NCBI GenBank assembly: GCA_028534125.1
Contig: CM052817.1
Location: 73,286,001 to 73,350,000 of the forward strand
Length of the DNA stretch: 64,000 nucleotides
Direction of reading: 5' to 3'
Origin: Lama glama
Taxonomy: Eukaryota
In this document: in pieces, positions 49,951 to 63,819 of the stretch
Layout of the letters: every line of letters begins with the position of its first letter
Position numbering within the stretch: position 1 is the first letter of the stretch
Notes under the pieces: generated by a model
What the model was told of the DNA's origin: nothing
What the model saw: the letters and a program-made list of their open reading frames with translations, nothing else
Database searches by the model: none
Program-made: the position numbers and the translations under genes

Positions 49951-52869
49951 ACTGACACAGGCATACTTGGCCTCATTGCCTGGCCCAGGACCATTCTCTG
50001 AATCCCTTTTTCTCAGTCTCGCTTCACACATGGACGCAGGAACACACACACACAAACACCCTTAGAAAAACACGTTCTCCAGAACCAGACGTGTAACTTC
50101 TGCACACACGCGCACACACACACACACACACACCCTCAAACACACCCCGCAAACTCATCCCCCCGCCGCGCAGAGGCACACGCCCATGTCACATGACCCA
50201 CTGCGGAGCTACACCATTAGAAGGAGCCCGTGGTGCCCTCAGGGGAAAATTCACCCCACACCCCAAACCCTAAGGACCTTGAGGGGGACCGCTGGAAGCT
50301 TTCACTTCCCACCCGCAGGAGAGAAGAAACCGTGTCTAGAGGTTGCTTACCAGTTCTCAACTTTCGGACAGAGCTACACCCAACAATTGCAGCCCTGTAT
50401 TAGACACTAGTACTAGAAAACATGTGTGTGCTCTCCCGACGTCTGCAGACACAGTTTTCCTCAGCACTGCAAGGGGGCGGGGGGAGGGGAAGGACGCGCA
50501 TTTCTTTGGCTGTTTGACTAAGCCCTGTTTTCTGTTTGTATGGTAATATTAAAACATGGGAGTACTCCATCTGGTTGTGATCTGTGATTTGGTATCTAAA
50601 AGAGCTTTTTTGTGTCTGTGCTACCATTGCCAGGAACTACAGCATTAGCACTTTAGGTTATCACAGTAGTAACGCCAAGTGTCAGCTTGCCCTGTTCATT
50701 GTAGTGTATGGATGTGAGAATATGATCCACTGACTGCAGATAGGCAACCTCTTTACCAAAGATAATCGAATTGCTGTTTAGAAATAGAGTAAAATTGGTT
50801 GATGGAGCAGGAAGATAATGCCCAACAGAATGGTTTTTCTTCACGTTAATGTGGAAATTTTGAAGAACCCAGAAGCTTTAATGAGAATTTATAAAAACAT
50901 GATAGTAAAATTTGGTTGACATTTAACAAGGTGTTTGTCATATTTGAATTTTAATATGTATAGATAATGTTATTTTAGGGGTAACTTGTTTATGTTTATT
51001 TTTAATACAGTAACTATGAATCAATGAGTGCTTTTTTTTTAATGGCACCCTGTGTCTCAGTGAAATTGTTAAGGTTTTAAATTCTTATAGAATCGAAGAC
51101 TTTAATTTTATGACAGTGCATTTTTAATTGCAGTTGCAGCTAATTTTTTTCCCCCTGAAGAACTGTGGTAGCATGCATCATTAAGTCTGTATTTGTGATA
51201 TTTATGCATCTAAGAATGAAGGTGAAATGATTGCTGTTTGCAATATAAGAAAAATCACATCCTATGGGAAAAGTCATTTTTATACCTATTTGATTAAGTA
51301 TGTATATATGTGTATATAGTTATATAAGCATTGAGGAAGTAAAATATGTTAATTTAAATAGATTATATGCACTAATAAGAATCTCTGTGAAATCTCATTC
51401 TATATTTAGAATACTACTGATCTAAGAAATAGTATGCATGAAAATAGTTACTAGAAAAAAAACTGCATGAAAGGTCATTGCTATTTTGCAGAGTAGATAC
51501 TCTACTTAGAGGACCTCATAATTAGAAGCTGTATAAATGACATCATGCTGCAACATTCAAGTAATTGGTGTCCTCTGCTCAGACTTTCATTTCTGTGACC
51601 TTACAGAAGTACTGTTTTAGTGATTGGTGCATTAATTTGCATAGGATGTAGAAATAGGTTGCTGGAATTATTGGAATCATTCCAGTCTATCTGATTCATC
51701 CAGGCAGGTGGAACAGAAGTACGGACAACTGCTGACTGCAGCATCACCACTTTTCAGCAAGTGATTTTGAGCAAATTAGAAATAAAAAAAACCAGAAGAG
51801 ATAACAGTGTTTTCTTGCAAAGTGGTGAAATTTTTAGGTCCTAGTCCCAGTATATTTTAACTGTGTCCCTGACATATTTCTCCTTGTTCTTTAGCAATTC
51901 CTTTCTGAATCAATTCTGTGTTGAATCAGAATTGAATTAAAATCTTGATTGTTTTCCTCTTTCTAAACATAGTTACAGAAAAAGTATAATTGAAAAAGCA
52001 TGGAAGTCCAATCCAAGGTTGAAAGATGTTAATTAAAGACATCTCATGAGTTTTAGCAACAGATAAATTTATTGGTCATAATTTTGATTATACAATAAAA
52101 GTTTAGAAATAAAAATATTTTAGAAAGGCTTCCAGTGACTATAAATATAAAATATAAATATATACTATAAATTTCAGTAAATTAGTATATTTAACTGCTA
52201 ATTTCACTGAAAATATGCTATGTGAAGATTCATTTATTCAACATTTATTCAGCGCAAAGTAAGGTTTTATACCCTAAACACACAGAAATGAAGAAGACAA
52301 AAATTTTATCCATTAGGAGCCATAGTTATTTTTAGTGAAGACAAGCAGTAAAGAATTTGAAATTTGAATTGCTTGTAGGGCTTTTCCATGTTATTTTTAA
52401 AAATATATATTTATTTCTCAGCTTTTTGTCTTGATCATTCCTCTAATAATGAGTCTAAATAATACCTAAGTTTGCATATACCTGAAAAGTCATTGTATGA
52501 CTGAATTAATATTTGCATCCACTTGACATATGTTTCTGTTCTCTTCATCTTTTGGAAGAAGTTTTTTCTTTTTAAGCTTTTGGAAAATGCTGATATAGCA
52601 TGAAATAGCTAATGTAGTTCAGTGCATTTACACAATGCAGTTAAAATCTAGGTTCCCAAAAATGAGAAGATCAAGGGAAATTGACCTTCAACTTCATTCT
52701 GTAATGTTAAGGAAGAAAAAAATATTAATATACTCTGTCTTCTTAGGCTCCTAAGATATTAGACATTTTTTTTCTCTTTTAAGAAAAAGGTTATTTTTTC
52801 TTTATTTTATATATAAGATAATTATGGTACAGAGGTTTCACTACTTTTTTAAAAAACATTTAAGTCAAA

Positions 52870-53509
<640 letters not shown>

Positions 53510-54406
53510 CATTTAAGTCAAATTAGTTACCAAACTATGGAGACAGATTTCCTGAATTTCATTATCTGTTTATTCTTTATTCATTTTCTGACTTTGTAAA
53601 AGAAAAGATTTAGAAATGGTAGTTTTGCAACTAAGTTTTTAAACAGTTTGTTTACATGTGTTATGTACATTAAGAGACCCATGTGACTTCTAAGGCCACT
53701 GCCAGAAAATTTAAATCAATTAAATGAATATTATTGAGATCTTGAAGTTAAGACGCTTTGCTAGCATCTTTTTGGGCCTCATCATCTTTCTAGTGAGCTC
53801 TGATGGGAGTTTCCAAAGCATTGGTTGCTTTGAGAATTGAGAGGTCCAAGACATCTGTTATAATTGGTGCCGGTAAAATTTAGTGTCTTTCTCTTATTTC
53901 ATGATCAGTCCTTCTCCAAGATCTGTGAGTATTAGTGTTATTTCATTTATGGAAGCAAACCAGTGTTCCTTTTTTGTTTGCTGTGGAAAGCCAGAGACCT
54001 CCCATATGGTAATAATAAAATATGTGCAATGAGTTGGTGTGATGCTAAGCTAGTTACAGTTTTCCCAACAGTCCTATGAAGGAGATACTATTATTCCCAT
54101 TTTCGAGATGAGAAATGTAGGTTTAGTGAAACTAAGCTACATCCTCAAGGTCATAGCTACTAAGTTGCAACTCAGAGATTTAAAATACATTTAAATCACT
54201 ATTGTTTTATTGTCTTCCCCTTCTAATTCTGAGACATTATGACAGGGGAGATCTTCTTAGCACTCTTGCTACTTTGAGCCATTTGTAACCATTCTCAGGA
54301 ATCCTTCATTAGGTTGCCTTGATTAACTGAAGGATTTACAACAGAGTTGAAATAATTTTCATTACTCTAATTCATTAAATGAGAATAACTTGAATTTCAT
54401 TTCTAC

Positions 54407-54669
54407 TTCTGTATTAAGAGAGCATTTCTCCAGCCTCAGGGTTGCTGAAAGGAGAGACTAAGGTCCTTATTTAGTTTTCCTTTTCCAGAGAGCTCCTCAG
54501 TTATTCCTGCTATTTCCATGATGGTCCTGGGAAAAATAATTCTAAGAATGAGTTGAGTTAGTGGAGAGTCTTCCTGAACAGGCATAAATATATAGTAGGC
54601 CTGCATTTTCAAGTGTTTCAGTTTCTTCCAATATTGATTCCATTTTTTGTTTATGCTTGTCAAGGTAAG
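54407..54669 (-). pseudogene. Relic exon
   Basis: atatag| 87 codons with one TGA (LTLTSINKKWNQYWKKLKHLKMQAYYIFMPVQEDSPLTQLILRIIFPRTIME...), |gtagaa. Confidence 0.45.
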
Positions 54670-54799
54670 CTATATATTTTGAATTTTCATGTTATGTGAA
54701 GTATTTGAGTTACAAAAGAGAATACTTTAGACAGTGAAGGGATGAGAGAAGAAAGCAATAAATGAATACAGTGACACATTGATATAATTGGTATAGAGT

Positions 54800-55935
54800 T
54801 TTAAATTTTGTTTTTTTCATCTACATACAGTAAAATTCACTTTTCGTACAGTTTAATGAGTTTTTTTTTTTTAACATTTTTCATTGATCTACAATCATTC
54901 TACAATGCTCTGTCAAATTCCAGTGTTCAGCACAATCCCTCAGTCATTCATGGACATATACACACTCATTGTCACATTTTTTTCTCTGTGATTTATCATA
55001 ACATTTTGTGTATATTTCCCTGTGCTATACAGTGTAATCTTGTTTATCTATTCTACAATTTTGAAATCCCAGTCTATCCCTTCCCCCCCCTCTACCCCCC
55101 TGATAACCACAAGTCTGTATTCTCTGTCCATGAGTCTATTTCTGTCCTGTATTTATGCTTTGTTTTTGTTTGTTTGTTTGTTTTTGTTTTTGAGTTTAAT
55201 GAGTTTTGACAAATACTTAGAGTTATGTATCTACCACCACAATCTAGGTATAGAACAGTTCTATCTCCCTGAAACATTCCCTTGTGCTAATTCCACTGCA
55301 ATCAAACAAATCCTCCCGCCTCCAACCTCTGGCAGCCACTGAGCAGTCCTCTGTCCCTACATTTTTGCCTTTCCTAGAGTGTCATATAAATGGAATCATC
55401 CAGAAAATTTTGGAGTTGACTTTTTTCATTCAGCATAATGCTCTTAATAGTCATCTAACTTCTTGCATTTGTCAATATTTTGTTCCTTTTTATTGTGGAA
55501 TAGTAATTCATTGTATAGGTATACCACTGTTTAGCCATTCAGATGAAAGACATTGGGGCATTTCCAAGTTGGAGCAATTATGAATAAAATTGCTATTAGA
55601 CATTTGTACACAGGTTTTGTGTAAACATACATTTTCACTTCCCTTGGGTATATACCTAGGAATAGGATCACTGGATCATATATGGTAAGCGTATGTTTAA
55701 CTTTATAGGAAACTGCCAAACTATTTTCCAAGGGGGTTATACTGCTTTTGCATTCCTTCCAAAAATGAATGAGAGTTCCTGTTGCTCCACATCCTTACTA
55801 ATTTTTGGTGTTGTCATTTCTTTTTTTGCATTAGTCATTCTGATGGGCAGAAGTAGCTCATTGTGATTTTAATTTGTATTTCTTTAATGACTAATGATGT
55901 TGAACACTTTTGCCAACATTTCCTTTGTTGAAGTG
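54800..55935 (-). mobile_element. Old L1M fragment hosting a young L1 insertion
   Basis: gggtatatacctaggaataggatcactggatcatatgg...aactgccaaactattttcca. Confidence 0.9.
54865..55192 (-). mobile_element. Young 5'-truncated L1
   Basis: Poly(T) head, TSD AGTTTAATGAGTTTT at 54850-54864 and 55193-55207. Confidence 0.92.
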
Positions 55936-57333
55936 TCCAAATATAATCCAAGGGCAGAACCTAAGCCCAGGACTCATTAACAATTGAAAATCAGACAACA
56001 TGCAAACGTACAGTGTTTGCATATAGTGATTTATGAATATTTAAGTGGGAAAAAATTATACCTACTTTGGCTGGAAACTCTTTTTCATTGAACTCCGTTT
56101 TTTCCTTAGATCACTTTAGATTATTCAAATTCTGCAGTATTATTAACAAGTACTGTTTCTGTTCACTTTTCAGAGTCCTGCTTTCATTGTAATTCTTTGC
56201 AATCACTTAATGACCAATATGTGTAACAACTTGGAAAGCAGATAATCCATACTTTAGATTTCAGATTAGTTTAGTGGATGCTCAAGGAGTATAAGTAATT
56301 TGCTCAGGACTACCTAGCAAATGAATGGCAGTCTGAACAAGGTCCTGATTAGTAATTGTTTGCTCTTTAGCCAATGGAATTTTATTACATTTCAAACAAC
56401 AAGATAGCAATCAATCACAGTTTTCATTTTAACTGTCATTTAGTGGAAGATATACTAATAATGTAACCTTCCTTTACATTTTCGCTTGGATATAGAAAGT
56501 ATATATTTGGATACATAGAAAGTGGCCCTTAAAATGAGAAATCAAATTTAAAATGTCAGTTGTCACCTGTAGAATACCCCTTGGTGGTCATTTTAAGAGA
56601 TAACTTAGATTTTTCAAAAGAAAAGTCACCATTATATAAAATAAGTTATGGTTCATTTGAAAAATTCTTGCTAAAAAGGATATTAGATCTATCACTGCTC
56701 TCAAAAATCTTACAATCATAGAAGAAGAAATCCAGCAGGGTACACAGCTCACTGTAATACAGATAGAATATGGGACGTATGACAGCAGAGTACAAAGTAC
56801 CGTGGGAGGACAGATAAAAGTTTATTTTGTTCGGAGGAAATCATATTAGGTTTAGTGAAACACTTGAAATCTGAGTGGGATATTGATGAATGCATTTAAT
56901 ATTGACAGGTAAAGATTAGATAAAAAGCATTTCAGATCCAGAATGAACAGCGTGAAAAGACACACAGAGATGGAAAAATATTGGTGGCTAGACAGAATGG
57001 TTAGTAATCAATCCCAGTTGGCCACAGAGTAAGAGACAAGGAGAGATTGGTGAAAGATAAATTGGAAAGATAATACATAGAACATCAGGGAGAGTCTTCA
57101 GGTTACCAGAGTTTGGTTTTTATTCTGTAGAATGTGAATACTCCTGCTAGGGCTTATCCCTCCCATCCCCAGATAAAAGCTACCTTCAAATAAAATCATC
57201 ATCATCATCATCACCTAATCATGGATGAGCCATATTTTCACAATCTTAACTCAATGTAAAAAAAAGTAACTTTAGGAAACATTGCTGTTTTCATCGATTC
57301 TGTAACATAAAATCTAAGAAAAACAATGTTTAC

Positions 57334-57521
57334 TTTCTGCACAAATAACTTCGTGCCATGCTCCCTTAGATTCTGTCTTCTAATCAGATCACCTTCTCTT
57401 GAATAGAAATTCTGGAGCTGTTGTTTCATGTTGGGTTTTGAAGGAATAACTTTTTTCAAAGGCTGACCAATAATAGATTTAAGATCATAGCTCTCACTAA
57501 GATCTCTTTGTGAAAATGTAA
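57334..57521 (-). pseudogene. Relic exon, fully open
   Basis: tacaag| (V)TFSQRDLSESYDLKSIIGQPLKKVIPSKPNMKQQLQNFYSREGDLIRRQNLREHGTKLFVQK |gtaaac. Confidence 0.45.
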
Positions 57522-58047
57522 CTTGTAGAACACTCAGAAAAGAGATGAACATTGTAATAGATATTGCTTATCTGGCTTGGCTCATTTGAGCACCAGGATC
57601 TTGATTAATGTCCGGGAATTAGTCCAGATATCTTTTGGGAACAATGCTTTCAAAAAGTTCTTTAATTTGGGACTTTTTGAAGGTAATAAAACAATGCATA
57701 AGGAATAATGGAACTCACAATATAGAATGAAAATTACGAGTATTTAAAGATGCAATAATTTAAGCGTATCTTTGCAATTATTAATACTATCCAGTGGGGT
57801 TTTGGTATGAAGTTCTGTGCATATTCAGTAAGAAGTTTCAGTCCTGTCTGGATTTCCTTTCTTCCAGATGTAACCTGATGACATTCTAAATCCCATATCT
57901 TTCCCGGCAATGTCTGTGCTGCAGTTGATAAATTCTTTGTTTAAGGCCATTATCATTATCTGCATATTAATCTTATTTGATGCTAATGTGATTTAATTTG
58001 AAAATTGTTAATGTGGTTAATTTAATTAAAGTTAATTTAAATATTAT

Positions 58048-58372
58048 TTGAAGTATAAGTTTCTGGGGTGTTTGCCTCTGTTGCTTTACTCTGCAAATCT
58101 TCTGCCACTGTGTATCTACTAACCTGTTAATGATATATCTGTAATCAGTGTCTTCTGTCTTGAGAATGTGTATTTGGTCACGATCACCATTTGGTGAGCT
58201 GTACGTGATGGAAGGATATTTTAAGTTACAGCTTACTCGGTCATTTCTTGATGGGAGTTCGTGCTGAAAACAAAACTCTATGGGCAGACTGATGGTACCT
58301 CCTTGTGCTACACATGACCAGAGTAGAAAGTTTAGGGAATGGAAGCCAACAAGAAGCCAAAGATGCAATCAT
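58048..58372 (-). pseudogene. Relic first coding exon with signal-peptide-like N-terminus
   Basis: ATG 58372-58370 is 1 nt out of frame with a 131-codon ORF beginning LHLWLLVGFHSLNFLLWSCVAQGG; 3' boundary uncertain. Confidence 0.45.
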
Positions 58373-59944
58373 GCTCATTGAGAATGGTATCTCACAGTTT
58401 AAAGAAATTGGAGGAAACATCAAGATCTGAGTTTTTGTCAAGTGTGACATCTGGAATTCATTTTTTCTTTTAATGGAAATTAAACAACATTCTTTTGTTT
58501 TACCTGAGGAGGCCTGAAAACAGTTTTCTTCTTTTAAATGCTTTATTTCACATCAACTAAAGTAGTAACAACTCTCCCTGAATCTTCTACACTATCTTTA
58601 TATACAAGTTATTTATCACAACAATTTTCCCTTATAATAGATAGTAACTTGCCAGCCACTTGGTATTAAAAATCAGACTCCTGGAAATGCAATATTTCAA
58701 ATCCGTTAATCTTTATTCAACTCTTACGGTAATAAATGTAGAACGATCACATCATTTTTTCTGCAGTGTATGATCTAATATAACTTGAGTTTGTCTGACC
58801 TTTTTTCTGACTGTCCTAAAGGATAGGCTCACAAAACTAAAAGAAATCTTCCCACAGGTTTTGTGAATACTGTGTTTCTCTTTTGATGTCTGTCTTTGCT
58901 TTAATATCATAAAGCTATTTCACCCTAGTTTATTTTGGTATCAGGAAATCCAAAATAAAACTTTTCTGGAACTAGATTTAACCTGGTTTAACCAATTTGC
59001 TGCCACATGTAATGGCTGATAGTCACAAACATGAGCAAAAATATTAGCTGCATAGTATTGTGATATTGCTTAAATTGTGTGAGCTTATAAATTTAAGAAT
59101 AACAGATATATTTAACATAAATTATATGGACTTATCATTTTCATAATGCAAGTTTATAAAGAAAAATATTTGTTTTGTACATTTGCACAATTGAGCTAAA
59201 AATAATATCCAGTAAATTAGTATATTTAGTGTTATTCCCTACCCATGATAGTTATCAAGTATTTGTGTAGCTTTGTTAGAAGTTCTTATAAATTTTATTT
59301 CAACACTAATGAATAAATATTTAAGAAAACATGAATTTATAAATATAAGAATAGGTATAATGTAGAAGAGTAACAGGGCTGTTGACTAAATCAGACTTCT
59401 AATTGGATAAAAGATCTTGTATGCTAACTTAGAAAATCCTACCTCTATTTTTGATAAAAGCTTGGATTGTTGTATCACTGGCTTAATTCTTTCATCTGAG
59501 AGTACAAAATGTTTTATTCATGAATGCTTCTTTCATAGCCACCCTCTTCAGTTATAAAAGAAAGCCAGAAACACACCTCCACCTCTAAACATTGTATTTT
59601 CACATATTCTTCCTTTCTTCCTGTTTCAGAGGAAGAATTATTCTGACCTTAATCACACTCATTTTGCCTCTTCTAGGACTTGATTTTGTCCAGGAGTTGT
59701 TTTCTTTTTTCTCAATTTTTTCATCCTCATTGTTATAGAGACTGGAGCGGGGATAAGCCTGATAAAGAGGTTAAGGAAATCCAACTGCCATGAAGAGAAG
59801 GATGCTTTGGTTGAGAATTTAACAAACTGACAGCCTTAATCCTTCTAGACTCCTCGGCAGTTTTGATTCTGTTGAGCACCATTCATATGTTCAACAATTA
59901 TATTGAACTCCTCTGAAGTAACGATACTCACACTTAACTGACCC

Positions 59945-60600
59945 CGAGTATGTGCCAAGCTCTGTGACAAGTTCTTTACCTGTATTATCTCATTTTACTC
60001 TCCCATCCATTCTAGGAGATAGGTACAGTAATTATCCCAATTTAAAGATAAAGAAAATGAAGCTTAGTATTTTGCTCAAGATCACACAGCCAAGTAAATG
60101 TCAGAGTGAGGGGTTCATACCCACATGTTAGGCATCAGAACCCCTGTCCTTAAACAGAGCGTATGATGCTACCTTTTCATGCCAGGTGCCATAGTAGGGA
60201 CTGGAAATACAGAGGTGAAAACACTCAGTACTCATGGAACTTAATCTATAGTTATATGGCATATATGTTATCAGGAAAATAAACCAAACAGATAGAATGT
60301 CATGATTTTGATATGGAGGTATGATCCAATGCAATGGGGACCTTTTATTTGCTTAGGGAATTCAGCAAAGGCCTTAAAGAGAAGCTGGTGCTTGAAGGAA
60401 AGAGTAAGAGTTTGCAACGTGACTAAGATAGGGAGGGAATTCCAGGCAGAGGGAACACAGGTGCAAAGGCATGGAAGTAGAGAGCATGTTGCATTTGGGG
60501 GAATTATCCGTAGTTCAGAATGGCTGGAGTACAGTGTTTGGAGGAGGTCACCAGAAATGAGACTGGTGAGTCAATCTAGAGCCAGATCATAAAAAGCCTT
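59945..60600 (-). mobile_element. MIR (about 59945-60135) followed by an L2 fragment (about 60170-60600)
   Basis: gctcaagatcacacagccaagtaaatg; attccaggcagagggaacacaggtgcaaaggc. Confidence 0.75.
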
Positions 60601-61229
60601 ATTTGTTATGATGACTCATTTGTGGTTTTCTTCCTAGCGTTTTCCTGGGCAGTTCTTTATCATTCTCCTCCATCATTTCCTCTTCCTTTGCTTGTTATCT
60701 CTATATTAGTGTCTCTCAGAGTTCTGCTTTCCATCTTTGAGTTTCTTCTCTTACATATTTATACTTCTTCCCAGACTACCACCATATGTTACCACCATTA
60801 CCACCCATATGCTAACCTTTCTTCCATCACTATCTTAGTGCCAACCCCTCTCTTGACTTAATATTTTCATCTGACCTCTCTAAACCTTCTCCTTTTTATT
60901 CTTCAAGTCCTTCAAACTTAATATGTCTAAAAGGATACCACTATTTGCTCCCCACCCCACAAAAAGTCTCACATATGTAGACTAGGTAGAAGGGAGAAAA
61001 TGGAGTTTGGTTTTATAATGTACTTTTAATAAGTAAGGTATTTCAGAGCACTTTACTATGTAATGGATAACTCACATATTTTCTAGATTAAATTTCCGTT
61101 GGTAAATGGAAAAGCCATTATGAACTGTAAAAGAACTTAAATTTGCCTGTGAGTATTCGTGAGGGATGAAGGATATAATGGGTTCATGATTAAGAAGTTT
61201 TCCTTATCTGTTGTTTTTCTGAAAAGTTC

Positions 61230-61359
61230 TGGGGGAGGGTATAGCTCAAGTAGTAGAGCACATGCTTAGCATGCGTGAGGTCCTGGGTTCAATCCCCAGT
61301 ACCTCCTCTAAAAATAAGTAAATAAACCTAATTACCTCCCCGCCACCAAAAAAAAAAAA
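61230..61359 (+). mobile_element. tRNA-derived SINE, near consensus
   Basis: ggggagggtatagctcaagtagtagagcacatgcttagcatg...; TSD aaaagttct. Confidence 0.92.
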
Positions 61360-62499
61360 GTTCTATGGTATTATCTTAGTATGCAAAAAAAAAAAAAAAC
61401 CCAAAACAAAAGAACCCCATGACACTCCGTCAACTTTGTGGGCTCCTTTTTCTCTCTCCTTGAAGTTCAAAAGCTCATGCTCCTGGATCACTCTAAAGGT
61501 TCAGTACCTGAAAGGTAGGGTGGGAGGAAGGATGCTGAGGAAAGAGTTAGGACGGAAGATGGAGAGTTCCTTTGTGCCTCTTAGATCTGGGTTTGCCACT
61601 GTGATGAAGGTAATAAAGATTCCTTTATCAGCCTGGAACTGACTAGGAGTTTGGCTGCCCTGAGGAAGTCAGTGTCCCTGTACACCTGGAAAAAGGCTGT
61701 GACTTTCCAAATTAGAATGTGGGAGAGGTGGAAAGGAGAGATGATTCTCAAGTTATTGCTCTTTTCAAAGAGGAAAGTAACAATGAAATTGTTAATCATG
61801 AAATGAAAATGTCAGGATTTATTGTGTCTAGCTAGCAACTCTATGCAGGTGTGGTGGAAGTGGCATTGTGGGCATTAATAGAAAAGATATCAAAAATGAG
61901 TCATTGTTTGAGTAAATGAATCACCTGGGATCACCTTAATCCAAACTGATGGCATCTAGAGTGATTAAAATGAGCTTCTCCTAGAAGAGAAGTAAAAGCA
62001 TCAGAGAAAGAATTTTCATATCTTGCATGTTTTATTATCAGGCTTCATTTGTTGTCCTCAAATTTTATAGAAAAAAATATAATCTCATAAAAGTTTTTGT
62101 TTTATTAACTTTCATTAAAGATTTTGTTTTATTAACTTCTATGCCCACAGATTCCTGACCCTGCAGACATATTATTTGAGTGATTTCTAACCAGCTACCA
62201 CAATTTGGTATGCTCTAAATTGCTTCAAGGCTGGCAATTGATCCCTACAGCTCCAGCAAAGATAATACAGTTGCAGTTTATCGTTTGGTCTTCAACTCTC
62301 TTTTAACTTGTCCTTACTCTGGCCCCTAAAGCTTCCTTGTCTGGATCACCTAACAGTCTTTCTTTCTCTATTGTTGCAAATGATGAAGTTGTGTTCTAGA
62401 ATCACAGCTATTTAATGGAAAAGTCTACCTAAAACACACACATATCATTAAGCTGTTTCATCTAATTATGCCGTAAGCCATAAAGGTATCTACTGTTTA

Positions 62500-62940
62500 C
62501 CTATCAAGGAGGCCAGAAGTTATTAGTCCTAGGATAGTTGCTTCAGTGGTTCAGTAATGTTATCAGTGATTGAAACTTCTCTGATCCTTCTGCTTTGCAG
62601 TCCTTGGATGTTTTGCTATCTCTCTTGGTCACGAGAAAGCTGCCACAATTCCAAGCATCATGTCTTTATGTAATATCCAAAACCAAAAGCAAGGTTGGGG
62701 GAGGGTGGCAGGTAGTGGCCAGGTCTTTCTCTGGTCATACCTCATTTTTTATGAGGGAGGAAAATCCTGCAAAAGCCTCTTTTCCTTTCATTGTTAGAAC
62801 TGTGTCACGTGTCTGCCTATCCCTTGAAAAAAATCCCTAGAAATGAACAGGATGCCATGTATTGGGGTTGGGTACATTGTCATCCAATCCCAATGGCTGG
62901 AAAAATTAGAGAAAGGTATTTGCTAGCCAACCAACAATAT
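62500..62940. mobile_element. Old MaLR (MLT1-like) LTR
   Basis: ctcttggtcacgagaaagctgccacaattccaagcatcatgtc...tagccaaccaaca. Confidence 0.55.
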
Positions 62941-63490
62941 ACATCTACATAGCTAGAACTCAATTGAATTTTAGGTCTCATGAATCTGCAATTAATTTAC
63001 TGGGTATTTACTACTGTTAGATTGAAAGGCTGAATCTTATGTTCAATTTATCTACCTTTAAGGAAGGAAAAGTAGTTTTTAAGTTCTTTTTCTGTTTATC
63101 TGTTTCTACAAGGGCTTGATATAAACATTGTGGTTGATGTTTCCATGGTGATGAAAAACATTATCATCTAAGAGCATTCCTTTTGAACCTAACAGCAAAA
63201 GACACAGTTTAGATGATGATTACAGGAACAAACAAATACGGTTCTTGACAATTACAGAGAATGTGTTTTGAAGAAATTTGTTTTCCAGTTGATGTTATGT
63301 GTACAGTGTATTACTGAAGTTACATCTGCTTTTAAATTTTAAAATACCATCAACAGAGGTAAGAGTCTCAATTTTGCACTCAAATTTCCGAGGGAATCTA
63401 TTAGAGGTGGTCTGTGTAATACTTCCTACTATAACTATTCTCTTATCTTTTCAGTTTGAAAGTTATGCTAAGATAAAAGAAATCTTTTAA

Positions 63491-63611
63491 GGGGAATGAG
63501 TTTAGCTCAGTGGTACAACACATGCTTAGCATGTAGGAGGTCCTGAGTTCAACCTCCAGTACCTCCATTAAAAATAAAAAATAAAAATGTTTTTTAAAAC
63601 CAAAAAAAAAA
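63491..63611 (+). mobile_element. tRNA-derived SINE
   Basis: TSD gaaatcttttaagg. Confidence 0.9.
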
Positions 63612-63819
63612 TGAAATCTTTTAAGGTGGGCTGTTATTAGTTCATTCAACAGATATTTTTTGAATGCCTAGTAAATATGTGTCAGGCAGTGCTATAGGAT
63701 TTGGAAATAAAACTGACAAAAATTAAATCCCTCCCCTCATGGAACTTATATTCTGGTAGGTAGGAAAGATAGAAAATAAAGGCATAAAAATATATATATA
63801 AGATCTCAACCACAAGCAG

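Noticed and set aside
49301..49994. Long - strand ORFs of 154-186 aa
   Set aside because: Stop-poor GC-rich CpG island; low-complexity Arg/Gly/Pro/Ala translations
54808..55731. Several ORFs of 60-133 aa
   Set aside because: Inside L1 sequence (antisense or decayed ORF2/3' UTR)
61230..61305. tRNA gene calls for SINE heads
   Set aside because: Heads are followed by the shared SINE tail, poly(A) and TSDs and are diverged from each other; retroposons, not tRNA genes
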